The position numbers were made by a program, and so were the translations under genes. A model generated the notes under the pieces. That model was not told the DNA's origin. It saw only the letters and a list, made by a program, of their open reading frames with translations, and ran no database searches. Shown here piece by piece: positions 9,314 through 17,635 of a stretch of DNA of 64,000 bases; the first letter of the stretch is position 1; each line of letters begins with the position of its first letter. The DNA lies in contig JBGTGN010000095.1 of the NCBI GenBank assembly GCA_041746715.1, forward strand, positions 12,685-76,684. Direction: 5' to 3'. The DNA comes from Pirellulales bacterium (GTDB lineage Bacteria; Planctomycetota; Planctomycetia; Pirellulales; UBA1268).

Positions 9314-10441
9314 ATGATTTCAGTATTCGGTTCGGACCTCGGCGAGCGTGAAATCGAGGCCGTGGCCACGTGTATGCGATCGCAGTGGCCGGGATTCGGG
9401 AAGCTGGTCGAACAGTTTGAGCAGACCTTCGCGGCCCGCCTGGGCTTGCCGGCCTTCGCCATGGTCGACAGCGGCTCCAATGCCCTGTTTCTGGCTGCGA
9501 GGCTTCTTGATCTACCGCCTGGCTCAGAGGTCATCGTCCCCTCGTTCACGTGGGTTTCATGTGCCCAAGCCGTGCTGATGGCCAACCTCCATCCGGTGTT
9601 CTGCGATGTCGATCTCGACACGATGAACGTCCAGCGGGAGCACATCGAGGCCTGCTTGTCGCCCAGAACAGCAGCGATCATGGTCGTTCACTATGGCGGC
9701 CTCCCGGTTGATATCGACCCAATCCTCGACCTCAATCTTCCGGTGATCGAAGACGCCGCGCATGCCGTTGATGCCCTTTCACGAGGGCGGGCCTGCGGGG
9801 GAATCGGGGACGTCGGGATCTACAGCTTCGACGCCGTCAAGAACCTCACGGCTGGCGAGGGGGGCGGTATCACGGCTCGCGACGCAAAACGCATCGCAAG
9901 GGCGAAGCAGTTGCGGTACTGCGGGATCGGCAAGTCGGGCTTTGATGCCGCCACGTCCCGTCAGGGTCAGGCACAGCGCTGGTGGGAGTACGAGATTCGC
10001 GAACCCTTCATCAAGATGCTGCCCACGAATATCGCCGCATCGATCGGTCTCGTGCAGCTCGAGCGGCTCGACTCGCTCCAGGCTCGCCGGCGGGAGGTAT
10101 GGCAGACCTACCAGGATGCGCTCGCTGATATCCCCGAAGTGATCCGGCCCCAGGAGGCGAAGCCTGCCGACCAGCACGGCTATTTCACCTACTGCATCCG
10201 TGTGCCACGTCGAGATGCGCTCGCGAGAGCGATGCTCGAAGCCGGCGTCTACACCACGCTTCGCTATCACCCGCTTCATCTCAATCCTCTCTACGCGCAG
10301 GCTGATCGACGCCTGCCGAACGCCGAACGGCTCAACGACGAGGCGATTTCGATCCCGCTCCATCCGCGGCTGACCGACGCTGAAGTTGCGACCGTGGTCG
10401 AATCGATTCGGACGTTCTTCGGCCGCTCACCGCGGCAGTGA
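9314..10441 (+). CDS. DegT/DnrJ/EryC1/StrS family PLP-dependent sugar aminotransferase
   Basis: Family-typical core including DAAHA and the PLP-lysine context FDAVKNLTAGEGG. GGAG-type RBS lies before the ATG at 9314. Confidence 0.85.
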   Translation: MISVFGSDLGEREIEAVATCMRSQWPGFGKLVEQFEQTFAARLGLPAFAMVDSGSNALFLAARLLDLPPGSEVIVPSFTWVSCAQAVLMANLHPVFCDVDLDTMNVQREHIEACLSPRTAAIMVVHYGGLPVDIDPILDLNLPVIEDAAHAVDALSRGRACGGIGDVGIYSFDAVKNLTAGEGGGITARDAKRIARAKQLRYCGIGKSGFDAATSRQGQAQRWWEYEIREPFIKMLPTNIAASIGLVQLERLDSLQARRREVWQTYQDALADIPEVIRPQEAKPADQHGYFTYCIRVPRRDALARAMLEAGVYTTLRYHPLHLNPLYAQADRRLPNAERLNDEAISIPLHPRLTDAEVATVVESIRTFFGRSPRQ

Positions 10442-10742
10442 GGAGCTCACCACGCTGGTGAGAACCCTCATTTTTCCTTTGGAAAAGGCCCTTTTCGGGG
10501 CTGCTCCCGAGTGCCCTCGCCGTTCTGCCCACGCACGATGGTGAGACGTCACCTCGCGGTGTGAGTGTGGCCCAAATTTTTTTTGGAGCGCCACGCCGCT
10601 GCTTTCCTGCGGTTCTCACCCTCGTTTCATGCCGTGCTCAGGGTTTGGCACGCCACATGCATTTGCTTCTTGCGTCGCGAACAGTCGCGACGAGTTGGAG
10701 TTCAAGCAGTCGGCGGGACAGCCGCCGGGAAGGAGGAGACCG

Positions 10743-11231
10743 ATGATGGTCGTCGCAGTAGGAATTACGTCTGAGGAAGTGCGATCGCTCGCCGGGCAGG
10801 TTCCGGTGAATCGCACCGCACGAGCTCCCGGCGTCCTGAAGTGTCTGGTCGTGTCGGGGGACGAAAAGCTTCGTCACCGCCTCGGCATGATGGCCGATCT
10901 GGCCGACTGGTCGACGTGTGAGGCGCCGGCGGATGCCGCTGAGCTCCGGTCGCTCGTCGACAACGACTTTCACATGGTGATCACCGACATCGCTTGTCCG
11001 CTCGGTGAGCGGGTCAACGACACAGTCGAGATCACCGAAGAGTTTGCAAGCCGTTCCGGCACCGTCGTGGTGGTGTGTGGCTCAGGTGAGAGCGTGGATG
11101 AGGAGTTGTGGGCGAGGCAGCTCGGAGCCTGGGTGTATCTGCCCGGCGTTTCGGGAAGCGATGCCTTCATGTCGCTCTTCACCGAGGCGCGTCGAATCTT
11201 CGATCGCCGGGGAGCTTTCCAACTGGTCTAG
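10743..11231 (+). CDS. stand-alone receiver (REC)-like domain protein, probably atypical
   Basis: Alternating beta/alpha pattern: CLVVSGDE, HMVITDI (Asp at the phospho-site position), VVVVCGSG, GAWVYLPGV (conserved Lys apparently absent). Strong AGGAGG RBS before ATGATG at 10743. Confidence 0.45.
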   Translation: MMVVAVGITSEEVRSLAGQVPVNRTARAPGVLKCLVVSGDEKLRHRLGMMADLADWSTCEAPADAAELRSLVDNDFHMVITDIACPLGERVNDTVEITEEFASRSGTVVVVCGSGESVDEELWARQLGAWVYLPGVSGSDAFMSLFTEARRIFDRRGAFQLV

Positions 11232-11336
11232 GTCCGTCGATGAACCAGCTTTTGGTCGCGTTGGCCAAAAGCACGTCAGTGAATCGAGTTTGATTTCTTT
11301 CGCCCCAACGTGGGCCTTATTTAAAGGAGCAGTGTC

Positions 11337-12551
11337 ATGAGCGCAGCCGTGGAAACTTACCGTGATGAGATGGAGGCGACCTACGCGGTCGACTTCAACC
11401 GTGACCGCGAGCCAATCAAGTCGCGGAAGCGATTCCCCGAGTATCGCCGCACAGGCGGGGCCCCAACTCGGGTCAGCGGCATGCACTGTCGCCGCAGCAA
11501 GCGGTGGACGTGGGGCAGCGGCCGCGGTGCCCGGATGACGAATCTCCGGGCGTTTGCCGGAGCCTTGGCCTTGGCTTTAGCCGGCCTGGCATCCAGCGCA
11601 TCTGCCGTCACACTCTCAATGAACATCATCGGCGACCCGGGCAATGCCGGGAACGTCGGGTCCAGCCCGTCTGGGCTCGGAGCAGTGGCTGATGTCTTCC
11701 GAATGGCGACCACCGAGACGACGAACACAGACTACGTCGAGTTTCTCAACACGGTGGACCCGAACGGCACGTCGACCAGCGGCATTTACAATACGAACCA
11801 GACGGTGAGTGCCCTCGGCGGCATCAGCTACGACTTGATGGCCCCGATCGGGTCGAAGTACTCGGTCAAAGCGGGGGTCGCACCCACCGGTGCGAGCTAC
11901 GGCACCATGCCGGTGAACTTCGTCAGCTGGTTCTCCGCCGCACGCTTCGTCAACTGGCTCGAGAATGGCCAGACGTCGGATCCGCTCGACCTCGAGGACG
12001 GCACCTACACCCTCAATAACGTTCAGAACGGGCCAATCGTGGCACGCAACCCCGGTTCCAGCTACTTCCTCCCCAGCATCGACGAATGGTACAAGGCGGC
12101 CTTCTTCAACGGCACGACGTACACCACCTACCAGACCGATACGAATTCTGTTCCGACGGCCACGGCCGTGGTAGCGACGCCCAACGCGGCGAACTTCGGT
12201 GGTGTGGTGGGTGGTCCGCTCGACGTGGGTTCCTACACGGTCGATTCAACTTCTGCCTACGGCATGTTCGACATGCTCGGCAACGTGACGGAGCTCACCG
12301 ACTCGAGCACCCTCGGCCAGTACCGGGCCGTGGGTGGTGGCTACGCTGGCCTCCTCGCCTCGTGGGATGCCAACGCAAGTGCGATCTTGAAGAATGGAAA
12401 CTTCGTCAACGTCAACTACGGCTTCCGCGTCGCCGCGGTACCGGAGCCGGGCACGATCGCTCTCGCTGGAGCTGGCCTCGCCGGCCTCGCTGGCCTCGAG
12501 TGGAAGCGTCGCCGCAAGACGAAGGTGGCCAGCCCGGTCCTCGCCGCCTGA
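11337..12551 (+). CDS. FGE-sulfatase (SUMF1/C-type-lectin-fold) domain protein with PEP-CTERM anchor
   Basis: MPVNFVSWFSAARFVNWLENG, LPSIDEWYKAAF, GMFDMLGNVTE and GFRVA are FGE-family motifs. C-terminus VPEPGTIALAGAGLAGLAGLEWKRRRK is a PEP-CTERM sorting signal. AGGAG RBS precedes ATG 11337. The signal-peptide-like segment starts only at residue 67 (alternative start 11535). Confidence 0.75.
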   Translation: MSAAVETYRDEMEATYAVDFNRDREPIKSRKRFPEYRRTGGAPTRVSGMHCRRSKRWTWGSGRGARMTNLRAFAGALALALAGLASSASAVTLSMNIIGDPGNAGNVGSSPSGLGAVADVFRMATTETTNTDYVEFLNTVDPNGTSTSGIYNTNQTVSALGGISYDLMAPIGSKYSVKAGVAPTGASYGTMPVNFVSWFSAARFVNWLENGQTSDPLDLEDGTYTLNNVQNGPIVARNPGSSYFLPSIDEWYKAAFFNGTTYTTYQTDTNSVPTATAVVATPNAANFGGVVGGPLDVGSYTVDSTSAYGMFDMLGNVTELTDSSTLGQYRAVGGGYAGLLASWDANASAILKNGNFVNVNYGFRVAAVPEPGTIALAGAGLAGLAGLEWKRRRKTKVASPVLAA

Positions 12552-12607
12552 CCGGCTCAGCCGGTCCTCACCAGGACCGCATTACCTGACTCGAGCAAAC
12601 ACGCATG

Positions 12608-12642
12608 CCCCGCCCCTTGCAGCCGCAAGGGGCGGGGTTTTT
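12608..12642 (+). terminator. rho-independent terminator
   Basis: Perfect 11-bp stem ccccgcccctt/aaggggcgggg, 8-nt loop, followed by TTTTT. Lies 57 nt after the PEP-CTERM gene stop. Confidence 0.8.
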
Positions 12643-12675
12643 CGATTCCCAGTCCCGGCATGCACCAATGCCGCG

Positions 12676-12705
12676 TTGAACCCGCCCCAATTTTGGTGGT
12701 ACTGT
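12676..12705 (+). promoter_or_regulatory. candidate sigma70-like promoter (TTGAAC-N18-TGgTACTGT)
   Basis: -35-like TTGAAC (12676-12681) and extended -10-like TGGTACTGT (12697-12705). The kinase ATG at 12710 would then be at or near the TSS, implying a leaderless mRNA. Promoter rules for this lineage are uncertain. Confidence 0.2.
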
Positions 12706-12709
12706 CGAG

Positions 12710-14902
12710 ATGATGAGTGAACGAGATGACTCACGGCCTTCGACACCCCCGCAGGATGGGATGCGTGAAGGCCGTGGAGACGACGCGACCGTCATATCGG
12801 CGCCTGATGCCGAGGCTGTCGTCACGGGAGGCTCGACCGTCTCGCGGGCGAGCGAGAGCCGCGGCACGACCGCCGACATCGGTCGTGTGCTTGAGGGCAC
12901 GATGCTTGGGCCCTACCGGCTCGACCGCTTCATCGGCGGTGGCGGCATGGGGGCCGTGTTTCAGGCCCTCGACACCACGCTCCACCGAACGGTCGCGATC
13001 AAGGTGCTTGCCCGGCACCAATCCGAAGACGAGGAGAACCTCAAGCGGTTCCGCAATGAGGCCCAGTCGTCGGCACGGCTTGACCACGAGAACATCGGCC
13101 GGGTGTATGCCGTGGGTGGTGACCAGGGGTGGAACTACATCGTGCTCGAGTACATCGAGGGCGTGAACCTCCGTGATCTCGTGCGGGAAGAGGGGCCCTT
13201 CGATTCTGCCCGAACGGTTGACGTCACGATTCAAGTTGCCGAGGCACTCCAGCATGCCTCCGAGCGAAATGTCGTCCACCGTGATATCAAGCCCTCCAAC
13301 ATCGTGATGACACCGGCGGGCCGGGCCCGGATCGTCGATATGGGCCTCGCGCGTTTGCACCAGGTGGCTGGCGATGCCGAGTTGACCGTCAGCGGCATGA
13401 CTCTCGGCACTTTCGACTACATCTCACCCGAGCAGGCCCGCGATCCGCGGGTGGCCGATGTCCGGAGCGATCTCTACTCGCTCGGCTGCACGATGTTCTT
13501 CATGCTGGCGGGCAAGCCTCCCTTTGCCGATGGCACGATGGTGCAAAAGCTCCTCCAACACCAGCAGGCCGAGCCGCCGGCCATCGACCAGATTCGTTCC
13601 GACGTTCCGCGTCGCTTGGCAGCGATCATCGGCCGGCTCATGGCCAAGGATCCAGCAGACCGCTACCAGCGTCCGTTGGAGCTTGTCGCCGATCTCCTCG
13701 CCTGTGCCGACGAGGAAAGGTATGTCCTGTCGGCGCCGAGGGCACCCGCAGCGGTGGGAGTCCCACCGCCGCGGCCGCGGGCTTCGCGGCTCCCCTGGCT
13801 CCTCCCACTCGTGCTCCTGGCCGCGATGGTAGGTGTGCTCTGGTTTCGGGCCGCATCAGGTCGCAAACTGACCGTTGAAAATCCTTCTGTCGGGGGGCTG
13901 GCGGCACCGCCCGCGGTCATGGGCGAATTCGCCGAACCGCCTTTGACACCGCCACGGGTTGTCGCGGACGCGGAGGCGCTCCGGCTCGCGCTCCAGGCTG
14001 GCGACGCTGACAGTGTCATCGAGATCGATGGAGATGGCCCCTTCGACGTTACTTCATTCTCCGTGGACGGTCGGCGGCTGGCGCTTCGCGCCGCGGTGGG
14101 GCGAGAGCCTGTGGTGCGAATTCCACCAGCGACGGATGGCACGTCGATCCATGTTGGCACTGGAAGCCTGTCGCTCTCGGGGATTGCGGTTCACCTGATG
14201 GATGGCCCGAGGCCCGCGATCGGCAGGCGAGCGCTCTTTTCTATCGCTGGAGGCAACCTCACATGTACCGCCGTCGTTCTCCGAATGCCGACGCTCCGTC
14301 GGTCAGTGAGTGCTGGCGCCGAGCCAACTTCGTTCATTCACGTCGGCGACCCCGGCATGCCTGGTGCGCCGTCAGCTACCATGCTCGACTTCCAGAGTGT
14401 TCGCGTTGGAGGTGATGCCACGCTCGTCGCCGTCGAGATGCCACGAGGTGGCCGAATCGATTTCCAGTGGAATACCGGCGCGGCGTTGACAAGACGCCTG
14501 ATCGCAGCCGAGGGGGCACGAAGCGGAGACGTTGTCATCAGCGCACACTTTACTGATATCGTGGCGGCCTGCGGTGATGCCGTCGTGAGCCTCCGCGACT
14601 CACCCGAACTTCCTCGTGTCCCTCGGATCGACATGATCGCCACGGGCTGTCGGTTCGTGGTGGCCGACCCGGCGCGAGCGTTCATCGAACAAGCAGGGAT
14701 CGCCGAGCCCGCGGCCTACCTGGCGGCCATGTCGTGGGAGGACCGCCACGGCCGCTATGAGGGCACCGGCATATTCCAACGGATCGACGGGGCAGCGGAG
14801 CGGGTCGACACGCCGTTTGGGCCACCGGCCGCGCCGTTTGTCCACGATGGTCGCGTGGGGGCGGCGCTCGACCCTTCCACCTGGGCCGGCTGGGGCGACT
14901 GA
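12710..14902 (+). CDS. membrane Ser/Thr protein kinase with large uncharacterised extracytoplasmic C-terminal domain
   Basis: Hanks kinase motifs GGGGMGAVF, VAIKVL, HRDIKPSNIV, DMGLAR and SPEQ. TM segment LPWLLPLVLLAAMVGVLWF. About 360 aa C-terminal with no motif I recognise. Confidence 0.85.
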   Translation: MMSERDDSRPSTPPQDGMREGRGDDATVISAPDAEAVVTGGSTVSRASESRGTTADIGRVLEGTMLGPYRLDRFIGGGGMGAVFQALDTTLHRTVAIKVLARHQSEDEENLKRFRNEAQSSARLDHENIGRVYAVGGDQGWNYIVLEYIEGVNLRDLVREEGPFDSARTVDVTIQVAEALQHASERNVVHRDIKPSNIVMTPAGRARIVDMGLARLHQVAGDAELTVSGMTLGTFDYISPEQARDPRVADVRSDLYSLGCTMFFMLAGKPPFADGTMVQKLLQHQQAEPPAIDQIRSDVPRRLAAIIGRLMAKDPADRYQRPLELVADLLACADEERYVLSAPRAPAAVGVPPPRPRASRLPWLLPLVLLAAMVGVLWFRAASGRKLTVENPSVGGLAAPPAVMGEFAEPPLTPPRVVADAEALRLALQAGDADSVIEIDGDGPFDVTSFSVDGRRLALRAAVGREPVVRIPPATDGTSIHVGTGSLSLSGIAVHLMDGPRPAIGRRALFSIAGGNLTCTAVVLRMPTLRRSVSAGAEPTSFIHVGDPGMPGAPSATMLDFQSVRVGGDATLVAVEMPRGGRIDFQWNTGAALTRRLIAAEGARSGDVVISAHFTDIVAACGDAVVSLRDSPELPRVPRIDMIATGCRFVVADPARAFIEQAGIAEPAAYLAAMSWEDRHGRYEGTGIFQRIDGAAERVDTPFGPPAAPFVHDGRVGAALDPSTWAGWGD

Positions 14903-15037
14903 GCGTTTCCCTGGCGCCGTTAATTTCCTCGCCTTCCTTGACGAACCCTCGTTCCGGCGGTTTCATACAGGGTATTCCGGCAGGGATCGCTCCGGTGCAG
15001 CGTCGCCCGTCCCTGCCCACCACGGTGGAGAGATTCA

Positions 15038-15424
15038 ATGTTTCAGAGCAGCACACGTGTTCGGATCGCCGCCCTTGGCCTTGTCGTCGCCTTCGCCGCG
15101 ACGGGCCGCGAGGCGTTTGCCATCAAGCAATTCTCCGATGAGTTCAAGGCGGTCTACGTCAAGGAGGGAACGCCGCTGGCCGCCGAGGTCGAAACGGCCA
15201 AATGCAACGTATGCCACAAGGGCAAGAGCAAGAAGGATCGCAACGCCTACGGCGAGGCTCTCGGCAAACTCCTCGACAAGAAGGAAGACAAGTCAAACGT
15301 CGAGAAGATTCGTGAGGCGCTCGCGACGGTGGCCAAGGAGTCGAGCGACCCCGCCAAGCCCGATGCCCCGACCTTTGGTGACCTCATCGAGGCTGGCAAA
15401 CTGCCAGGCGGCCCCGCGGAATGA
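15038..15424 (+). CDS. small secreted mono-haem c-type cytochrome-like protein
   Basis: Signal peptide (RIAALGLVVAFAATG), a single CNVCH haem-binding motif, and a GGAGAG RBS. Confidence 0.6.
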   Translation: MFQSSTRVRIAALGLVVAFAATGREAFAIKQFSDEFKAVYVKEGTPLAAEVETAKCNVCHKGKSKKDRNAYGEALGKLLDKKEDKSNVEKIREALATVAKESSDPAKPDAPTFGDLIEAGKLPGGPAE

Positions 15425-15430
15425 GCCGAC

Positions 15431-16771
15431 TTATTCCCCCGCAGCCGAGAGGAGGAGCTGGTCGAGGTCATCGAGACCTGCGATAGCCTGAGCGACATCA
15501 GGCGGAGCGAATACGCGAACCCGTTTGACGAGGTCGTCGAATTGCTCGTGTGCCAAGCTCCGCACGACAGGGGAAAGCTCTTCGAGGGCTCGCCACACGT
15601 GGTGGGGCGACTTCGGGAGAGGACGTTCCTCGCGCACCTGCAATCGAAACTCCACCTCTCGCTCAGCCGGAGGTGCATCGACAATGAGTGTCTCCGATGC
15701 GACAGGCCGGCCGAGCTGGCGGCCGAGCAGGTCGGCAAGCCTGGCCGAGACCGTAGCCATCGCGGCGTAGCTTCGGCCGGCAAGGGTTCGGTGCACCGCC
15801 GGACTATGACGGGCGTCGAAGCTGCCAGCTCTCTTGAAAAGCCGCCGCGTTGGCCCGAAGAGACCGATCGCAAGGGCCTCGGCTGGCGTGCCAGCAGCCG
15901 TTTCCAAGAGCCATGTGGCAAAGCCACGGTCGTCCAAGCAGATCAGGGCTTGTGGATCGATCGCTGGTCGCACGAGCCAGATGGCCCGCTGGAGCATCGC
16001 CGTCGCGGCCCGAACCGCGTGATGCCAGTAGACCTCACTGAACATGACATACCGCGCGAAGACCATGAGCTCCGCAGCGGTGCGACCCTTGGACGTGATC
16101 GCGAGTGATCCTCCTGAATCGTCGAGGCAAAGACTCGCCAGCAGTCGCTCACGGTCGAAGTGGCTGCCGTAGGGCACGCCCGCATGGAGGCTGTCGCGTG
16201 CGAGGTAGTCCATCTTGTCGACATCCACCGGCCCCGAGAGGAGCGACTGGAGGAGGCGACCGGCAGGGTCGTTGGCGGTGCCTGTCACCAACGCGGCCAC
16301 ACGGGCCGGGTCGAGCTCCCACTCCGACATGAGCACGCCGGCAAGTTCATTGTGAGCGAGAATGTCGGGCACGAGTGACTCGTGCGTGGGAATTTCCGGG
16401 AGCCCCATATCTTCGAGCGGGTGGCAGTAGGCCCAGTGGCCCACATCGTGGAGCAGCGCGGCGGCCACAAATGCTGCCGCATCGTTCTCGGTCACCTGGG
16501 CTGCGAACCGCGGATCACTCCGAAGCCGCCGGAGAAACTCGAGAGCCAGGCGATAGACCCCCAATGAGTGCTCGAGCCGGGTATGGACAGCGCCCGGATA
16601 GACGAGCGACACGAGTCCGAGTTGGGAGATTCTGGCCAACCTTCGGACGGGCTGCGTGTCGAGCAGGCTGCGCACCCGCGGCGTGAGCGGCACGGTGTCG
16701 CCTGGCGGAATACGCACCCCATCGCCACCAGCGTCGAGGGCGACGAGCTCGGGGAGACGGTGAAGCGTCAT
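15431..16771 (-). CDS. HD-domain dNTP triphosphohydrolase-like protein (Dgt/SAMHD1 superfamily)
   Basis: HTRLEHSLGV, LLHDVGHWAYCH and DVDKMDYLARDS are metal-binding motifs of HD phosphohydrolases. Confidence 0.8.
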   Translation of the reverse strand: MTLHRLPELVALDAGGDGVRIPPGDTVPLTPRVRSLLDTQPVRRLARISQLGLVSLVYPGAVHTRLEHSLGVYRLALEFLRRLRSDPRFAAQVTENDAAAFVAAALLHDVGHWAYCHPLEDMGLPEIPTHESLVPDILAHNELAGVLMSEWELDPARVAALVTGTANDPAGRLLQSLLSGPVDVDKMDYLARDSLHAGVPYGSHFDRERLLASLCLDDSGGSLAITSKGRTAAELMVFARYVMFSEVYWHHAVRAATAMLQRAIWLVRPAIDPQALICLDDRGFATWLLETAAGTPAEALAIGLFGPTRRLFKRAGSFDARHSPAVHRTLAGRSYAAMATVSARLADLLGRQLGRPVASETLIVDAPPAEREVEFRLQVREERPLPKSPHHVWRALEELSPVVRSLAHEQFDDLVKRVRVFAPPDVAQAIAGLDDLDQLLLSAAGE

Positions 16772-16789
16772 GGGCGGCAGAGGGCCAGA

Positions 16790-17473
16790 TCAGAGTGGCA
16801 GCAGGCCGGCAAGCCAACGCAGAAGCGAGCAGAGGAGCACGTAGAAAGAGTAGTGAGCCACGGCGTTGCCCCAGTCGAGGTCAAACGACGCGAATGCTGC
16901 GAGCGCGCCAGCCGCGACGAACATCGGGCCGACGTAGAACCATTGCCACATCTCCGCCGTCTGCTCTGGAGGGAGCAGGCCGCGGAGGCCCCACAGGAGC
17001 GCATACACCGTGACACACGCCAAGGCCCGCTTTCCGAAATCCATTCCCTGCCACGGCTCGAGCTCGCGGTTCCGCACGGCGGCGTAGCCAAGCGTGACGC
17101 TCGGGATAGCCACCACGAACGCTCCGCCAAGCAGCAGCCAGGAAGGAATCGTGGTTTCTCCAGTGGCCGTTGGCGGAAACACCCGTGGGAGAATCGCGGC
17201 CACAACCATACACGCCACGGCCCCGGCCGCCGCCATGGCGAGGGCCGAAATCTGAACGGCTTTGTCGCGTCGCTTGAAAGGCGCTGTGGGAGCCCGCCCA
17301 ACTCCGGATGCTGCCGTTGGGGCGTCGGGTTCGTGGATCGTGACCGTTTGAGCCGCTGGCTTCGGAATCGTGATCGAGGCTTTGCACTTAGGGCAGGGCC
17401 CCGTGCGGCCAGCGAATTGGTCGCTGACGCTGAATCGCGCCTTGCACGCAGGGCAGATGACGGAGATCGGCAT
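16790..17473 (-). CDS. zinc-ribbon membrane protein
   Basis: N-terminal CPACKARFSVSDQFAGRTGPCPKCKASITIP followed by 4-5 hydrophobic helices. The overlapping + strand ORF (16568..) has a junk-like Arg/Gly/Glu-rich composition here. Confidence 0.7.
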   Translation of the reverse strand: MPISVICPACKARFSVSDQFAGRTGPCPKCKASITIPKPAAQTVTIHEPDAPTAASGVGRAPTAPFKRRDKAVQISALAMAAAGAVACMVVAAILPRVFPPTATGETTIPSWLLLGGAFVVAIPSVTLGYAAVRNRELEPWQGMDFGKRALACVTVYALLWGLRGLLPPEQTAEMWQWFYVGPMFVAAGALAAFASFDLDWGNAVAHYSFYVLLCSLLRWLAGLLPL

Positions 17474-17635
17474 GATGAGGCTCGGAACTCCCAGAAGGAT
17501 CCCTGGGGCAGAGAAGCGAGAATGGCAGTGTCAGAACCGCAGCGACTGGCGTCAAGTGACACCGCCTGGGGTACACTGATGATATCCCCGGGTGGCCCTG
17601 AGGCTCCCGGAAATGCCACTGCGGGAGCCGAATTG

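Noticed and set aside
10442-10500. Possible terminator after the aminotransferase gene (ctcacca-cgc-tggtgag followed later by cattttt).
   Set aside because: The stem is only 7 bp with a 3-nt loop, and the T-run is separated from the stem by 8 nt. This is too weak to call.
11337-12551. Diversity-generating retroelement target. The protein has an FGE/C-type-lectin fold with an Asn-rich C-terminal stretch (NGNFVNVNYGFR) resembling a DGR variable region.
   Set aside because: I could find no reverse transcriptase, no template-repeat copy of the 3' region and no accessory gene anywhere in the window. The GFR ending is generic to the FGE fold.
15431-16771. HD-domain dGTPase-like gene, together with dcd at 31896..32510 and the deaminase at 19609..20046, as nucleotide-depletion anti-phage defence genes.
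   Set aside because: They lack the extra N-terminal domains typical of the defence versions. They sit among housekeeping genes with no mobile or defence-island context. Nothing in the sequence distinguishes them from metabolic paralogues.
16568-17635. 5' two-thirds of the 666-aa + strand ORF 16568..18568.
   Set aside because: It overlaps the HD-domain gene end and the zinc-ribbon membrane protein on the minus strand. The composition is junk-like until MSDDDK at 17636, where a plausible protein begins.
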